A DNA stretch of 62,944 nt, filler included, from Olpidium bornovanus S191 (taxonomy: Eukaryota; Fungi; Olpidiomycota): assembly GCA_017911155.1 (NCBI GenBank). It is 27 parts of 27 records of this genome, joined end to end, with 100 filler letters (N's around TTAATTAATTAA, not from the genome) between each part and the next. Parts side by side here need not be neighbours in the genome. Positions count along the whole stretch, not along the records: positions 10,084 to 16,029 come from JAEFCI010003857.1; positions 16,130 to 17,794 come from JAEFCI010006634.1; positions 17,895 to 19,702 come from JAEFCI010004642.1; positions 19,803 to 21,519 come from JAEFCI010003971.1; positions 21,620 to 24,904 come from JAEFCI010011112.1; 22 more parts are not named here. One strand, written 5' to 3'. The translations under genes and the position numbers were made by a program. Each line of letters opens with the position of its first letter. Positions within the stretch are counted from its first letter, which is position 1. Below the pieces are notes generated by a model. That model saw nothing but the letters and a program-made list of their open reading frames with translations. It searched no databases and was not told the DNA's origin. Below are positions 12,767 to 24,115 of this stretch, piece after piece.

Positions 12767-15617
12767 ATGGTCAGGTCGTGCGGGACCGCATTCGGCAAGG
12801 CTTTCTGCTGCGGGCTCCGGTGCGAGGCCGACGGCGGCGGGACGGCGGCGGCGGCGGCGACGACGACGAAGCGGGGGGCCCAGCGGCGCCCCGCGGTGTT
12901 GGCCCGCGCGCTCAAAACCAAGGCGTTTCTTTCCGTCAACGCGGACGCCATTCGCGACAAGAGCGACTGGGAGCCGGTGATCGCCGCACTGCGGGGCGAC
13001 AGCGGGAACGTCGCGCTGCAGGTGGTCAGCCGCAGCGGCCCGTACCGTAAGTGCCGAAGAGGTGCCGGAGGAGGCGCGCAAAGACGGGGTCGAGAGGAAG
13101 GGGGAGAAGAGAGGAAATGGGGGCTGAGTGGGGAAGGGGTCGAATGGAGCGTCGGAAGATTTTGATAACTTTGGGAAGAAAAACGTGGATGGGGGGTGGT
13201 GGTGGTGGGTTGAGGGGGCGAGGCGGAGGCGGGGGGGGGGGGGAAGTTGGCGGGGGAAGGTAAGTGGCACACGAACCTTGACTTTGTTCTTGCCGCACGT
13301 CGCATCCCCGCTGCTTCCCTCCCCAGCGCGGAATCCGAAACCCGCGTCCAACGTCGGCGGTCGCGCCGTTTCCGATCTGCCTGCGATCGTCGCAAGCGCC
13401 AGTCTCATGCACGACTTCGTACAGTAAGCGGAAAAAAAAAAAGAAAAAAGAATCAGGGCCGTCTTGAAACCCTACAAGTAGGGGAAAGCCGCGCGGACAT
13501 TCCTTTTTTCATTTTCTCGAACGGCCGCGCCAAAAAAAAAAAAAAACATTCAGGTCGCTACGGGAAGGTTTGATCGGCGGAGAGAGGCTGACCGCCATCG
13601 AGATTGCCGGCATCGCCCTTTCCCTGCCGATGCTCGACACACTTTGCCAGGTAAAAAAAAAAAAAAAAAAAAAAAAATGAAAAAAAAGAATAAGTAGAAG
13701 AATTAGATCTAAGCGCCCGCCGTTGTTGGGGGAGACGGGTGGGGGGGGGGATTCCCGGGTTTCGAAATAGGGCTTGGCGTGGAGAGCCTTGGGGCGCAAA
13801 AAACTTTTGTTGTCGCTAAACCCCGCTTTCGAGCGGGTACCAGTATTTTTTTGACTTTTTTTCTCCCAAAATTCCGCCGTCTTCCCCCTCCCTCCCCATT
13901 TTTGGTTCTTTTTCCTAACGGACGAAAAAACCCAGGGCTTGAACGAAGCCAGGTGGCTCAAGCATTTCGGCCTGCCGCGGTGCACGATCGGCAACGACGG
14001 AATGGCCGGTAAAAAGACCAAAAAAAGAGAAGAAAATACAAAGAAAATAAAAGAGAAAATTATTCCTTTTCCAGCAACGCGTCGCAATTCCTCGAAAGCC
14101 CGCCTCGCTCGACAAATAACGTACTTTTTGTTTCCAAAAAATATTTGTTTGGAAAAAAAAAATCCCTTCCCCGCACTCCCCCCCTCTCTCCCCGCCCCGC
14201 CCCGCCCCACCCTCGAAAAAAAAGCTCTGTCGCCGGCCCTGAAATCTGTCGACACGCTGCGCACCCTGAATTTCGCCGCGTGCCGGCTGACGGCTCGCGG
14301 GGCCGAGACCCTGGCCCGGTCGCTGATGGCCAGGGCCGCCCGGCGCAGGGACGCCCTGTGGAAGGCCGGCGTCCGCGGCCTGACGGCGGCGGCGGCGGCG
14401 GCGGAGGACATCTACCGCATCAACCTGTGCGAGAACGCGATCGGCGACGAGGGCGCGGAGCACATCGCCAGGGTCGCCGGGAACAACGAGTCTCTCCGAG
14501 GTATGCGCGCGCGCGCGGAGACGCCAGGCCGCGTGAAAGAGGCGAAAAAAAAAAAATAAGATGCAAAATATTTTCCGTCGCGCGATGCGAATTCGCGCTT
14601 CCCCCTCTTCCCCCCACGCCCTGCCCATCTCCTCCCACACTTCGCCCGCGCCAATTTTTTTTTTTTTTTTCCAGCCATCGACCTCCAGAAGAACTGCATC
14701 GCCGGCGGAGGCGCCCGCGCTCTTCTGAGGGCGGCCGAAAACCACCCGCGGCTCGTCATCGTCGACCTGAGAAACAACGATTTCGTCGGTGCGCAGAGGC
14801 GCTTTCCTTTGGGGGGGTTTTTTTTCAATGTTTGGGATTCCGCGCGGGCGGAAAGGGGGAACGAACGTCCGCTTTTTTCTCATTATTTTTTATATTTTTT
14901 TTGCATATTTTTCCCCCCCCACACCTCGATCGCACTTTCCCCCGATTTCTCGAAAACCCCTTCGTTTATTTTTGTTTCTGAAATCATTTTTCTCGCAAAA
15001 AGGCGACGACGTCGCCGCGAAGTTGATGGCGGCGCTTGACGCAACCGCGAGAGCGACCCGGGCCGACCTGCTGCGGTTTGAGCGGGAGGAAGGGGTAAGG
15101 GTCGCGCGAGCCCTCCCCTTCCCCACCCCCCCACCCTCTCCCCGCTTCGAGCGGCGCCGGGTTCTGTACGCCGAAACTCGCCTCACCCGGATTTCCTTAT
15201 TCTTTTTTTGGTTCCTCGTCGAAAACGAAAACAAAAAAAGGATCTGATTGCTCTCGATGGGACGGACCCCCTTATGGCCACCTACTTTGTTCCCGGCGAT
15301 GTGGAGGGGGCGAAAGAAAAGCAAAAGGGAGTTTTTTTTTTTGTTTTTTTGATTAAAAAAACCCCCATCCCCCCTTCCGCGAGCTCTCCTGACAGGGAAT
15401 TCGCCAGGACTTGGCGGTTTTCGCGCGATGCGGCCCCGAGCCGAATAACTTTTTCCTTTTTTTTTTTTTTTTTTTTTTTTTTGTTTTTAAGAAGGAGTCG
15501 TCGACATCCGCCGCCGTGTCCCGGGACCAGGGCGAGACGGCGACGCCCGCCGGCGCGCCGGCCGGAAAGAACCAGCCGCGGCCGAAAAAGGAGAGGAGGG
15601 CCAGAGCTCCGTCCAAA
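12767..15617 (+). CDS. CEP78: Centrosomal LRR protein CEP78, multi-exon, 3' truncated
   Basis: Exons LSVNADAIRDKSDWEPVIAAL, LRTLNFAACRLTARGAETLARSL...RRRDALWKAGVR, INLCENAIGDEGAE and AIDLQKNCIAGGGARALL...LVIVDLRNN follow, in order, human CEP78 as recalled (LDFNADRLRGVDWAPLL; LKTVNFTGCNLTWQGA...RRHEETWAESLR; ALDLQQCGL...LVVLDIRKN). Confidence 0.8.
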
Positions 15618-16129
15618 GTACTTTATTCTTTCTTCTTTTCCCGGAAAAACGACGGCGAAAAAAAAAAAAAAAACGCCTGCGCAGGCCCCCTTCCCCCCCT
15701 CCCCCTGCCCCACCTCGCTTCACCCGTCGGAAATTAATACTTTTCGGAAAGAGGGGGGCAGAGGAAAAAACTAATTTTTTTTTTGAACCCCCCCCAAACC
15801 CCCCCCCCCCTCCCCCCCCCCCCTCCACCCCGCCCGCCCGCCCGCCCCCCGACCCCCCGCGCGCGTCCGCGGCGAACCGCTTCCAGAGAACCGACCTCCC
15901 GGCTCGACGCGAGGCGCGGGACGCCGGGGGGCGCGCGGACGCGGATAACGCGGCGCAGGTTCGGGCTCCCTGGTTTTCTCGCGCAAATGTCTGAAGGAGG
16001 GGGGGGGGCCGCGCGGGGGAAGATCGGGGNNNNNNNNNNNNNNNNNNNNNNNNNNNNNNNNNNNNNNNNNNNNTTAATTAATTAANNNNNNNNNNNNNNN
16101 NNNNNNNNNNNNNNNNNNNNNNNNNNNNN

Positions 16130-16245
<116 letters not shown>

Positions 16246-16557
16246 AAACGGGTTTCAACGTAGTTTTCCGTTATCTAAAAATTCTCCGCAATTTGGCCCA
16301 GATCCGCGAGCGAGTGTCGCTCGGGCTGCAACCGCTTGGTTTTTTTCTGTGCGGCGGGGAAAAAGCCGTCTCCGGTTCTCCCGCACGGGCCAAAAATTTT
16401 TTTGAGGCGTTGCGGCGGCGGCCTGGGGGGACCCGCGGTGGGAGGAAATTTCTCCCCGTTCCTACTTTTTCGCCCCCGAACCGCAAAAAAAAATCCCGTT
16501 TAGATTCAGCCTTTGGATTAAGACAGGCGAGATTCCCACTCGGGAGCGGCAAAAGAG

Positions 16558-17732
16558 ATGGTGTCGGTCGCGACCAACGGCGGCGGACGTGGCATCAGCG
16601 ACGGCCAGCAGCAGCGGCCAGACGCGGCCGCGGGCCCAGACGCGCCCGACCGCGGCCCGACCACCTTCGTGTCCCGCGTCACGTCGATACCGATGGTTGT
16701 GGAAGCCTACACGACCGTCAACAACGCGGTGCACACCCTCGCGGAAAGGAACCGTCTGGCTAGGCTCGCCCTCGACAACGCCAACTGCGCCGTGCACTCG
16801 GTTGTGGAGACGGCCTCGCGCTACGCTGGCCCGTACCAGCGGAGATTCGGCCCCCAGATCAGCAAAGCCGACGCGACCGCCAACAGAGTGCTGGACGTGG
16901 TGGAGGAGAGGGGGAGAGCTTTTGAGAGAAAACGGACCGCCACCTCTTTTCATTTTGCTCTTTGGCCACCCCAGCCTGCCCTGCTGCATCCCGGCGACGG
17001 GGGAACCCCGCAGGCAGCCTGTTTTCTGCAGGAGGCCTCCGCCGCTTGATAGCTGCCGCTGCCCCACCACGCCTCGCCTCAGCCTGCCCTGCTGCATCCC
17101 GGCGACGGGGGAACCCCGCAGGCAGCCTGTTTTCTGCAGGAGGCCTCCGCCGCTTGATAGCTGCCGCTGCCCCACCACGCCTCGCCTCTATCTCTTATCT
17201 AGTCGGCGGCGTCACGCTCACAAGCTCGTGCGCACGTGCCAAAAAGAGAGGATAACCTTTGGAACGCTGTGGTCTTGGCGCGACCGCCACAGGTGACACT
17301 TCGGCCTGACACCGTCTCCTTCCGGCGCAGTTCCCCATCATCACCCAGCCCTCCGCGCAGGTGTTCTCAAACGCGAAAGGCGCCGTCACCCAAGTGAAGA
17401 CAAGCGTCGTCTCCTCCAAGCCCGTCGCGTCTGCGTCCCACGTCGTAAAGGACCTCGAGGCCGCCCTGGCCTCGGTCATGGATAACCTCGAGCGCATGGT
17501 GGACAAGTATCTACCCGAGGACGCTGCGGAGAACGCCAACGACGGGGAGATGGTTGAGGCTAACGACAGTGCGCACGCGCACGTTCACCCCACGGCGGCC
17601 GACGGTCAGGTTAAGCGCGCCGTTTATCTCGGCGTCGATGTCCACCGCCGTCTTGTGCGTAAAGTAGTCGGGCAAATCAGGCACCTCCAGGCCAACGTTC
17701 CTCACGCGACTAACGAGCTGTTCAAGCTGAAG
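16558..17732 (+). CDS. Fungal perilipin-like lipid-droplet protein (CAP20/MPL1/Pet10 type), copy 1; 3' truncated
   Basis: PAT-like N-terminus (FVSRVTSIPMV...KADATANRVLDVVEER|FPII) and LERMVDKYLPE motif; second exon 17331-17732. Confidence 0.8.
16972..17187. repeat. Perfect 108-bp tandem duplication inside the perilipin intron
   Basis: 16972-17079 equals 17080-17187 by direct comparison (CAGCCTGCCC...GCCTCGCCT). Confidence 0.95.
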
Positions 17733-17895
17733 GTGGGTGGCCATTTGATCTTTTTCTACTGATTCTATCCTCCGATTACGCAATAATGCGCATGNNNNNN
17801 NNNNNNNNNNNNNNNNNNNNNNNNNNNNNNNNNNNNNNTTAATTAATTAANNNNNNNNNNNNNNNNNNNNNNNNNNNNNNNNNNNNNNNNNNNNG

Positions 17896-17990
17896 GATAC
17901 TACCTCCTCTACGGGCGCTCGTACGTGTCAAGCCGCGGGGGGTATGATACTTCCTCTACGGGCGCTCGTACGTCAAGCCGCGGGGGGTAC
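17896..17990. repeat. Imperfect tandem repeat, 50-bp and 45-bp units
   Basis: Shared core TCCTCTACGGGCGCTCGTACGT(GT)CAAGCCGCGGGGGGTA at the contig start. Confidence 0.85.
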
Positions 17991-19802
17991 CATTTCCGGG
18001 AACAGCGCAGCTTCCTTACGCGGCAAATCCATATACAAGCTCTCGTTTACAACAGAGTGCGAAAGTGGGGCGGTGCAGTACGAGAGTGGTCTACGGGGCA
18101 GCGCGGCACAGGGTGGCGCCGCAGCTTTTGCCTCGCCGGGGCAAGCCAACACAGTCCCGCCCCGGATCAGCGCCGCGCGCACCGACCCAATCGCCGTGAG
18201 GGGAGGGCCAGGGCCACAGGGGGGTGGGGTTGTCAGGGGGAGGTGGGTTTGGGTCAGGGAGGCCGGCCGGCCGGCTGCGCGCGGGGGTTCTTCCCGGATT
18301 GAGGAACGAACCCCACCAGGACAAACTGGGGGAACGCCACGGGCGAAACCGGCCGGGTGTCGAAAAGGGGAAAGGCGGCCGAACGGGCGGCGACCGGACC
18401 GCAGCTCGGCCGGTCCGCCGACATCCGGGCCCGTCCTCATTGCCTGTCGTCGTCGTCGTCGTCGTCGTCGTCTGCCGCGACGGCTCCCCGTTAGGCGGCG
18501 GAGCGCAGGCACCGCGTGTCGCCGCTGCTGCTCCCCTCCCCGTCCCCAATGTCCCCCCGCCGCCCCCTGCGGTCGTCTCCCAACGCGCCCGCCACCGCAG
18601 TTTCTCGGCAGGGAGATCACCGTCCGCGGGCGGTGCCTGAAAACCCCGCTTTGGGAAGAACGGCGGCGATGCAAAGGGAAGCTCGCGGGAATTCAGTGGC
18701 GGTCCGAAGGGGAAGTTCGCAGGTATAATACAGCAGCGGCGGCCGAATACCAATGTTGATATATTCGCCCCGTGTTTTCGCCCTGTTGTTGGTCCCAAAT
18801 CTACCCAACAAATAATACTCTCCAGGTGTTGTCAAAGGCCGCCTGCCGCGGGAGGCCCCGGGGCCGCAGGCGCTTTCCCTGGAGCCGCTCCTCGGCCGCC
18901 GCCTGGACGACGAGGCGCTGCGGACTTTTGGGGCAGGCGGCGGCGGCTCGCTCGGTTGGCGCCGCCGCGGCGGCAGCCGCAGGGACGACGGGCACGTCTG
19001 GTGCCGAGCGGTTTCTCGGCGCCGTGCGCGCCGCTCAAACCCTCCGGCCGAACCATCGGTGCCGCCGACTCGCGCCCTGGGGTCCCGCACGGACGCGGCG
19101 CCCGCCCCCCGGCTCCTTCGCCGGCGGTGGGGACGGGCGGGGGCTATTTTTTCCCGCCCGCTGCTGGCGCCGCCCCTTGACGAGGAAGCCTCGCCGTGGC
19201 GCGTAGTTCAGCAGGGTGCGGGTGGCCGAGGAGCTCCGCGAGCACGTGAGGATGAAGGGCGGAAAAGCAGTAAGTCCACCAGAAACCGCGGGGGAGGGGG
19301 CGGAATTCGCTCGCACTCCCAGGCAAAGCAGAGCAGAGCAGAGGGGGCTCCCGTTCCGACCGAGAGCGCGTGCGTTTTGCGCACGGCATCGGTGTGCCGC
19401 CGAAGAGCCGCAATGTTTTAATCTTACGGCATGACCGTGCGCGCCGAAGGGGGAGGGAGCAGCGTTCCTGCTCGCGTACAGTACTGGCTCTGTCTCGCCC
19501 CGCGTGCCGCGCGCGCTTGTACTGAAAACGCGGCCTAGACGCCTTCGTCGCGGGTCTTTCTAACGGACTCATCCTCTCACACGGAGGCGATGGTTCCGGG
19601 CTCTCCGTCGTGCTTAAAGCCGTGCGAAGTGGGACGGGCGATGCGTCTTTTTGTCGCAGCATACGCCGCGGATTTCCCCTGTTCCCCCACGCCCCGCGCC
19701 CCNNNNNNNNNNNNNNNNNNNNNNNNNNNNNNNNNNNNNNNNNNNNTTAATTAATTAANNNNNNNNNNNNNNNNNNNNNNNNNNNNNNNNNNNNNNNNNN
19801 NN

Positions 19803-20528
19803 CATGGCGGCCTACGAGGGACAGTAAGCCTTGCCGAGAACTGCCTGTGCCGCTTCCGCGCCTCAGCCTCTTCCTCCGCAGTCGGTAGGAAAAGATTCGC
19901 CTTGCAGTTATTAGCGACGACCTTGATGTTCTGGCGCTCTGCGACGACAAACTGTAGCGTCAGCAATGGGCGCTGCGACGACGCCACACAACGGCAGAGC
20001 CGCCGGTCATCGAGGCAAACAGACGTGTCGACTATTTACCCGCCGTGAACTCGGTCCCGGCAAGCTGCCAGAAGTGGAAAACGTCAGGCCAACAGGTGCT
20101 TCCGAGCCCGCGTTTTGTTCCTGCGGGTTATCGTTCCCACCCCTCGAACTGTCCACCGTCTCACCAGGGCTGTGCTGAGGAACTCGTCCAGGTCGTTCTC
20201 CTGTGTCACCGACTGCAGCTTGACCCACTTTGGCCCGTCGTTAAGGTCCGTGGTATGCTTTGGCAAAGCATCGGAAAGGAGTGGACCGGGAATCAGCAGC
20301 GGCAAGCAGAGGGCCAAAAAGGGCGGGCAGGCAGTGACCAGGGGAAGGGGGAAGGGGTTCCGCGCGAAGCGCATTACGCCCACTTGTTCTCTTTCTTGTC
20401 AGGTCTTGCTTCCCTTCCACACTCACCAGCAGGGTGGTGTCGCCGCTCCGCCTCTGGCCGGTGCCTCTGAACCTGTCGCGTATGATGGCCTTTCCCAGGG
20501 CAGGCTGCTTCTTCTTCGGCGGCGGCAT
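19803..20528 (-). CDS. LSG1: 60S export GTPase LSG1, N-terminal exons
   Basis: MPPPKKKQPALGKAIIRDRF...HTTDLNDGPKWVKLQSVTQENDLDEFLSTAL|LAGTEFTAE...LTVPRRPP. Confidence 0.93.
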
Positions 20529-21619
20529 TTTTTTTGTGCAGGGGCGCGGGTTCGGCAGAGGCGGGGTGCGTCGCTTGGCCTGCTTGCTTTTCTGGATTGC
20601 TCCTCCGGGTTGCAAACGGCAACCGCCGCGCGACGAGTGTTGGTGGCGTTTTGGTTGCGTCGCGAGGGCGGGAAGGGAGAGCGGGAGGGGGACGGGCCCC
20701 AGGGACGCGGAAGCGGCACGCGGACCAGACGGGGAAACAAAGGGGGGAGGGGGAGGCGGGGCGGAAACGCTCTCGCTCTCTCCCTTCACCCTCTCTCTAC
20801 CACCCCCCCCGCCGCTGTAAACGAACTTACACATCCATCTGTCGCATCGTCGCCACCAGCCGACTTACCCAACTGTTACGCCGCACCCGGGGGCCATTCT
20901 TGCCTCCACGTAACGGCACGCGTTGCCGACGATGCCGTGTTGGAGCGAAAATGTTCTCTTTGCGCCGGCCAGTCGTGGGGTGGCGTCGATGCGACTTCCT
21001 TCCGATCTTGCTCGGTTTATCTCGCTTGGCCATCATCTCGATGATATCTTTTCTCTGTGGTCTCCGCTTGTTTCTTCGCCGACGCTAGCCAATTGCACCG
21101 CGGTGCCGATGCAAGTCTTGCCCGCTTTGTTTCGTCCACCGGCCCCGCTTACGCATGCATAGTAAAAATCTATTGATGGCTTGACCCGCTACACTCGTCG
21201 ACGGCGGCCCTTCTCGGTCGTCGTTGCATATCATTCTATTCGTCGTGAGCTGCCCGTTCATTGTGCCACAACGGGAGAAAAGGTATGTGTAGCGTGATGT
21301 GGCTTGTGGCGCTCTTCCTGAAGAGAATTCGCGCAAAAGAGGGAAAAAAAGAGAGAACGAAATGGTTGCAACGAACGTCCGGAAAACGCACAACCACGCA
21401 GCGATTGATGATATGCATTGACTGGTTAAACGTGTCAATAGTGGTCGATGGGGTTTCTCGTCGTCGCGGCCCATTCACAAAATGTGTTGATATGCGTGTA
21501 CTTGGGGTTGAAATACATGNNNNNNNNNNNNNNNNNNNNNNNNNNNNNNNNNNNNNNNNNNNNTTAATTAATTAANNNNNNNNNNNNNNNNNNNNNNNNN
21601 NNNNNNNNNNNNNNNNNNN

Positions 21620-24115
21620 CAGACGATCTCGACGTGCCTCTCGATCATTTGCCTCACCGTCGGCCTGATCGTCCGTTTCGTCGTGGTCGAGCCGCAGACG
21701 TCCGTGTACACCTCCGGACTGATCCTGATCGAGTTCATGTTCCTCACCCACATTTTCATGCGGTTCCGCTTCATCTACGCGGCCGGGTCGGTAACGACGT
21801 GCTTCCTCATGTACGTCATCCTCAACGTTTGGAACTCGTTTTCGAACCAGTGGGCCGACATCAAAGCCCTCGCGATCGTGTGCATCGCGCTGTTTGCCTC
21901 GGGGTCCGTGATGTGCATGTACAACTACGAGTGGGAGATAACCTCCCGTAATCAGTTCCTGGCGGCGCTCAAGCTGCACCGCGCGAACGTCAAACTGGCC
22001 AACCAGCTCCAGGTACTGCAGAAATCGTACGGCAACAGGGCGGCCGATTTCGATTCGCCGCTGGAAAAGGCCGTCATGATCCTGCGGAGCATGCTCGCGG
22101 ACCCGAACGTGGTGCCTTCGCACATCAGCCTTCTGGCCCAGGCCGTGACGCTTCTCAGCTCCAGCAATCTCCTGGTTCCAGATCTGGAGAACCAGGAAGT
22201 CAGGATGGACAACGAACAGGAGGTCAGCTGCCTGTTGATATTCCTTCTTTCAATTGTTCCCGAGCTTTTTTTTTTTAACTTCGGGATAAAGAAGAAACCA
22301 AGTTTAAAAAAAAAGTTTGCCCTCCGCGGTCTATTCGCGCTGAGTTCCAAATTTATCACCGCCGTTCGTACCGTCTTCGTCGTCGTCGTCGTCGTCGTCG
22401 GCGGGCGTCTTCGTCGCGCGCGCGCTTGCAGGCCTGGCTCTTCTCCGAGATCGCCCGGCGGAGAAATCGGCCGCGGACATCGGGGCGACAAAGAGGCTCC
22501 ATGGCCCTGCACCAGGCGGCGATCGCCAGCGGCCGGTCCGCGGACCACCTGGGCAGAACCGAGACGAAGTCAACGATCGCGGCGGCCGGGCCGCCGGAGG
22601 GCGGCGGCGGCGGCGGCGGCGGCGGCGCTCCGCCCGGCGCCGTCGTCCAATCGCTGGTCATTCACGCCGAGGAGGAGTTGGGGTGTTTGCCGGGGCGCAC
22701 GGTTTCTGGCCAGGCCGGCGAGGCGACCGCGGCCAGCGAGAACTCGGCCGTCGCTTCCCCAACCCTCGAGCAGCTCAAGGCCCCGCCGACGCTCGGAAGC
22801 CTGGGCCCCGCGTCCCGCGAGGTCGAGGAGCTCCTCCTCCGGACGAGCGAGTACAACTTCCCCATTTTTGACCTGGCGCGGCTCACCGGGAACCAGCCGC
22901 TCAGCGCCATGGCGCACCACGTCTTCGAGAAGAGCGGCCTGTTCAAGACATTTTGGCTCCCGCAGGACGTTTTTACGAGGTTTATAGTTAGAATCGAAAA
23001 CGGATACCATAAAGATCTTCCATGTGAGATTCCTTTTTTTGTTATTGTTTTTTTTTTGGTGGGGGGAGGGGGAGGAAAGTGGAAGGCGGGGTTTGGAAAG
23101 GAAGGCGTCAGTCCCGCTTTTGGCCGCTCTTTCTCGTTTGTTCGCGGTCTCCTTCCTTGACACGTCCGCGCGCGCGCGCGCGCGCACCGCGTTTGCTCTG
23201 CCAGACCATAACTCACTGCACGCGGCGGACGTGCTCCATGCGACCTCCCACTTCTGCACCCTCGAGCCGTTGAAAGAGATCGTGACGCGGCTCGAGGTGA
23301 TGGCGATATACCTCGGCGCCATCGTCCACGACTACGACCACCCGGGCTTCACCAACAACTTCCTCGTCCAGGTCGGCGACCCCAAGGCCATCCTGTACAA
23401 CGACAAGGCGGTGCTGGAGAACCACCACCTGGCCAGCAGCTTCGCCATCCTCACCCAGCCGGAGTACAACTTCCTGTCGCTCCTCTCCAAGGCCGATTTC
23501 AAGACTGTCCGGGAGACGATGGTCGAGACCGTGCTGGCGACCGACCTGAGCCAGCACTTCGTCCTGATCAACCAGTTCAAAAACAAGATCGCGGCGATGG
23601 AGACGTTCGACCCGCAGGAGAACAAGGAGGACCGCATACTGCTGTTCAAAATGGTGATGAAGTGCGCCGACGTGTCGAACCCGACCAAGGACATCAGCCT
23701 GTACAAGGAGTGGAGCGGGCGGGTGCTGGAGGAGATGCTCCGGCAGGGCGACAAGGAGAAGTCGCTGTCGCTGCCCGTGAGCCCCTTCATGGACCGCGAG
23801 ACGCTCAACGTGCCCTCCTCCCAGACGGGTTTCATCGAGTTCGTCGTGTTCCCGCTGTACGACTCCTTCAACAAGTACGTCAGCGCGGAGCACGCCCTCG
23901 AGGGCTTGGAGCGGAGCCGGGGTTACTGGCAAGCGGAGAAAGAGAGGGAGCTGAAGGAGAAGGAGTCCAGAGAATCAAAAGAGTCCAGAGAATCCAGAGA
24001 GTCCAGAGAATCCAGAGAATCCAGAGAATCCAGAGAATCCAGAGAATCCAGAGAATTCAGAGAATCCAGAGAATCCAGAGATTCGAAGGAGCGAGAGGCA
24101 GCCCCGCCAAAATGA
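21620..24115 (+). CDS. Class I 3',5'-cyclic nucleotide phosphodiesterase with N-terminal transmembrane module and coiled coil; 5' truncated
   Basis: YHNSLHAAD, HDYDHPGFTNNF, LENHH, TDLSQH, KCADVSNP, QTGFIEFVV. Upstream hydrophobic helices end in YNYEWEITSRNQFL, followed by DSPLEKA. Introns after 22221 and 23022. Confidence 0.93.
23963..24088 (+). repeat. Coding 9-bp minisatellite (consensus GAATCCAGA), 14 units encoding (ESR)n
   Basis: Direct count: ESR ESK ESRx8 EFR ESR ESR DSK, just before the PDE stop. Confidence 0.95.

Noticed and set aside
12092-13408. Several 350-440-aa overlapping ORFs
   Set aside because: Stop-poor GC-rich sequence; only the CEP78 exon within them has protein-family signal.
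21620-22100. Rhodopsin-phosphodiesterase (light-gated PDE)
   Set aside because: The last helix before the coiled coil has no retinal-binding Lys motif (DxxxK); it resembles cyclase anchors instead.
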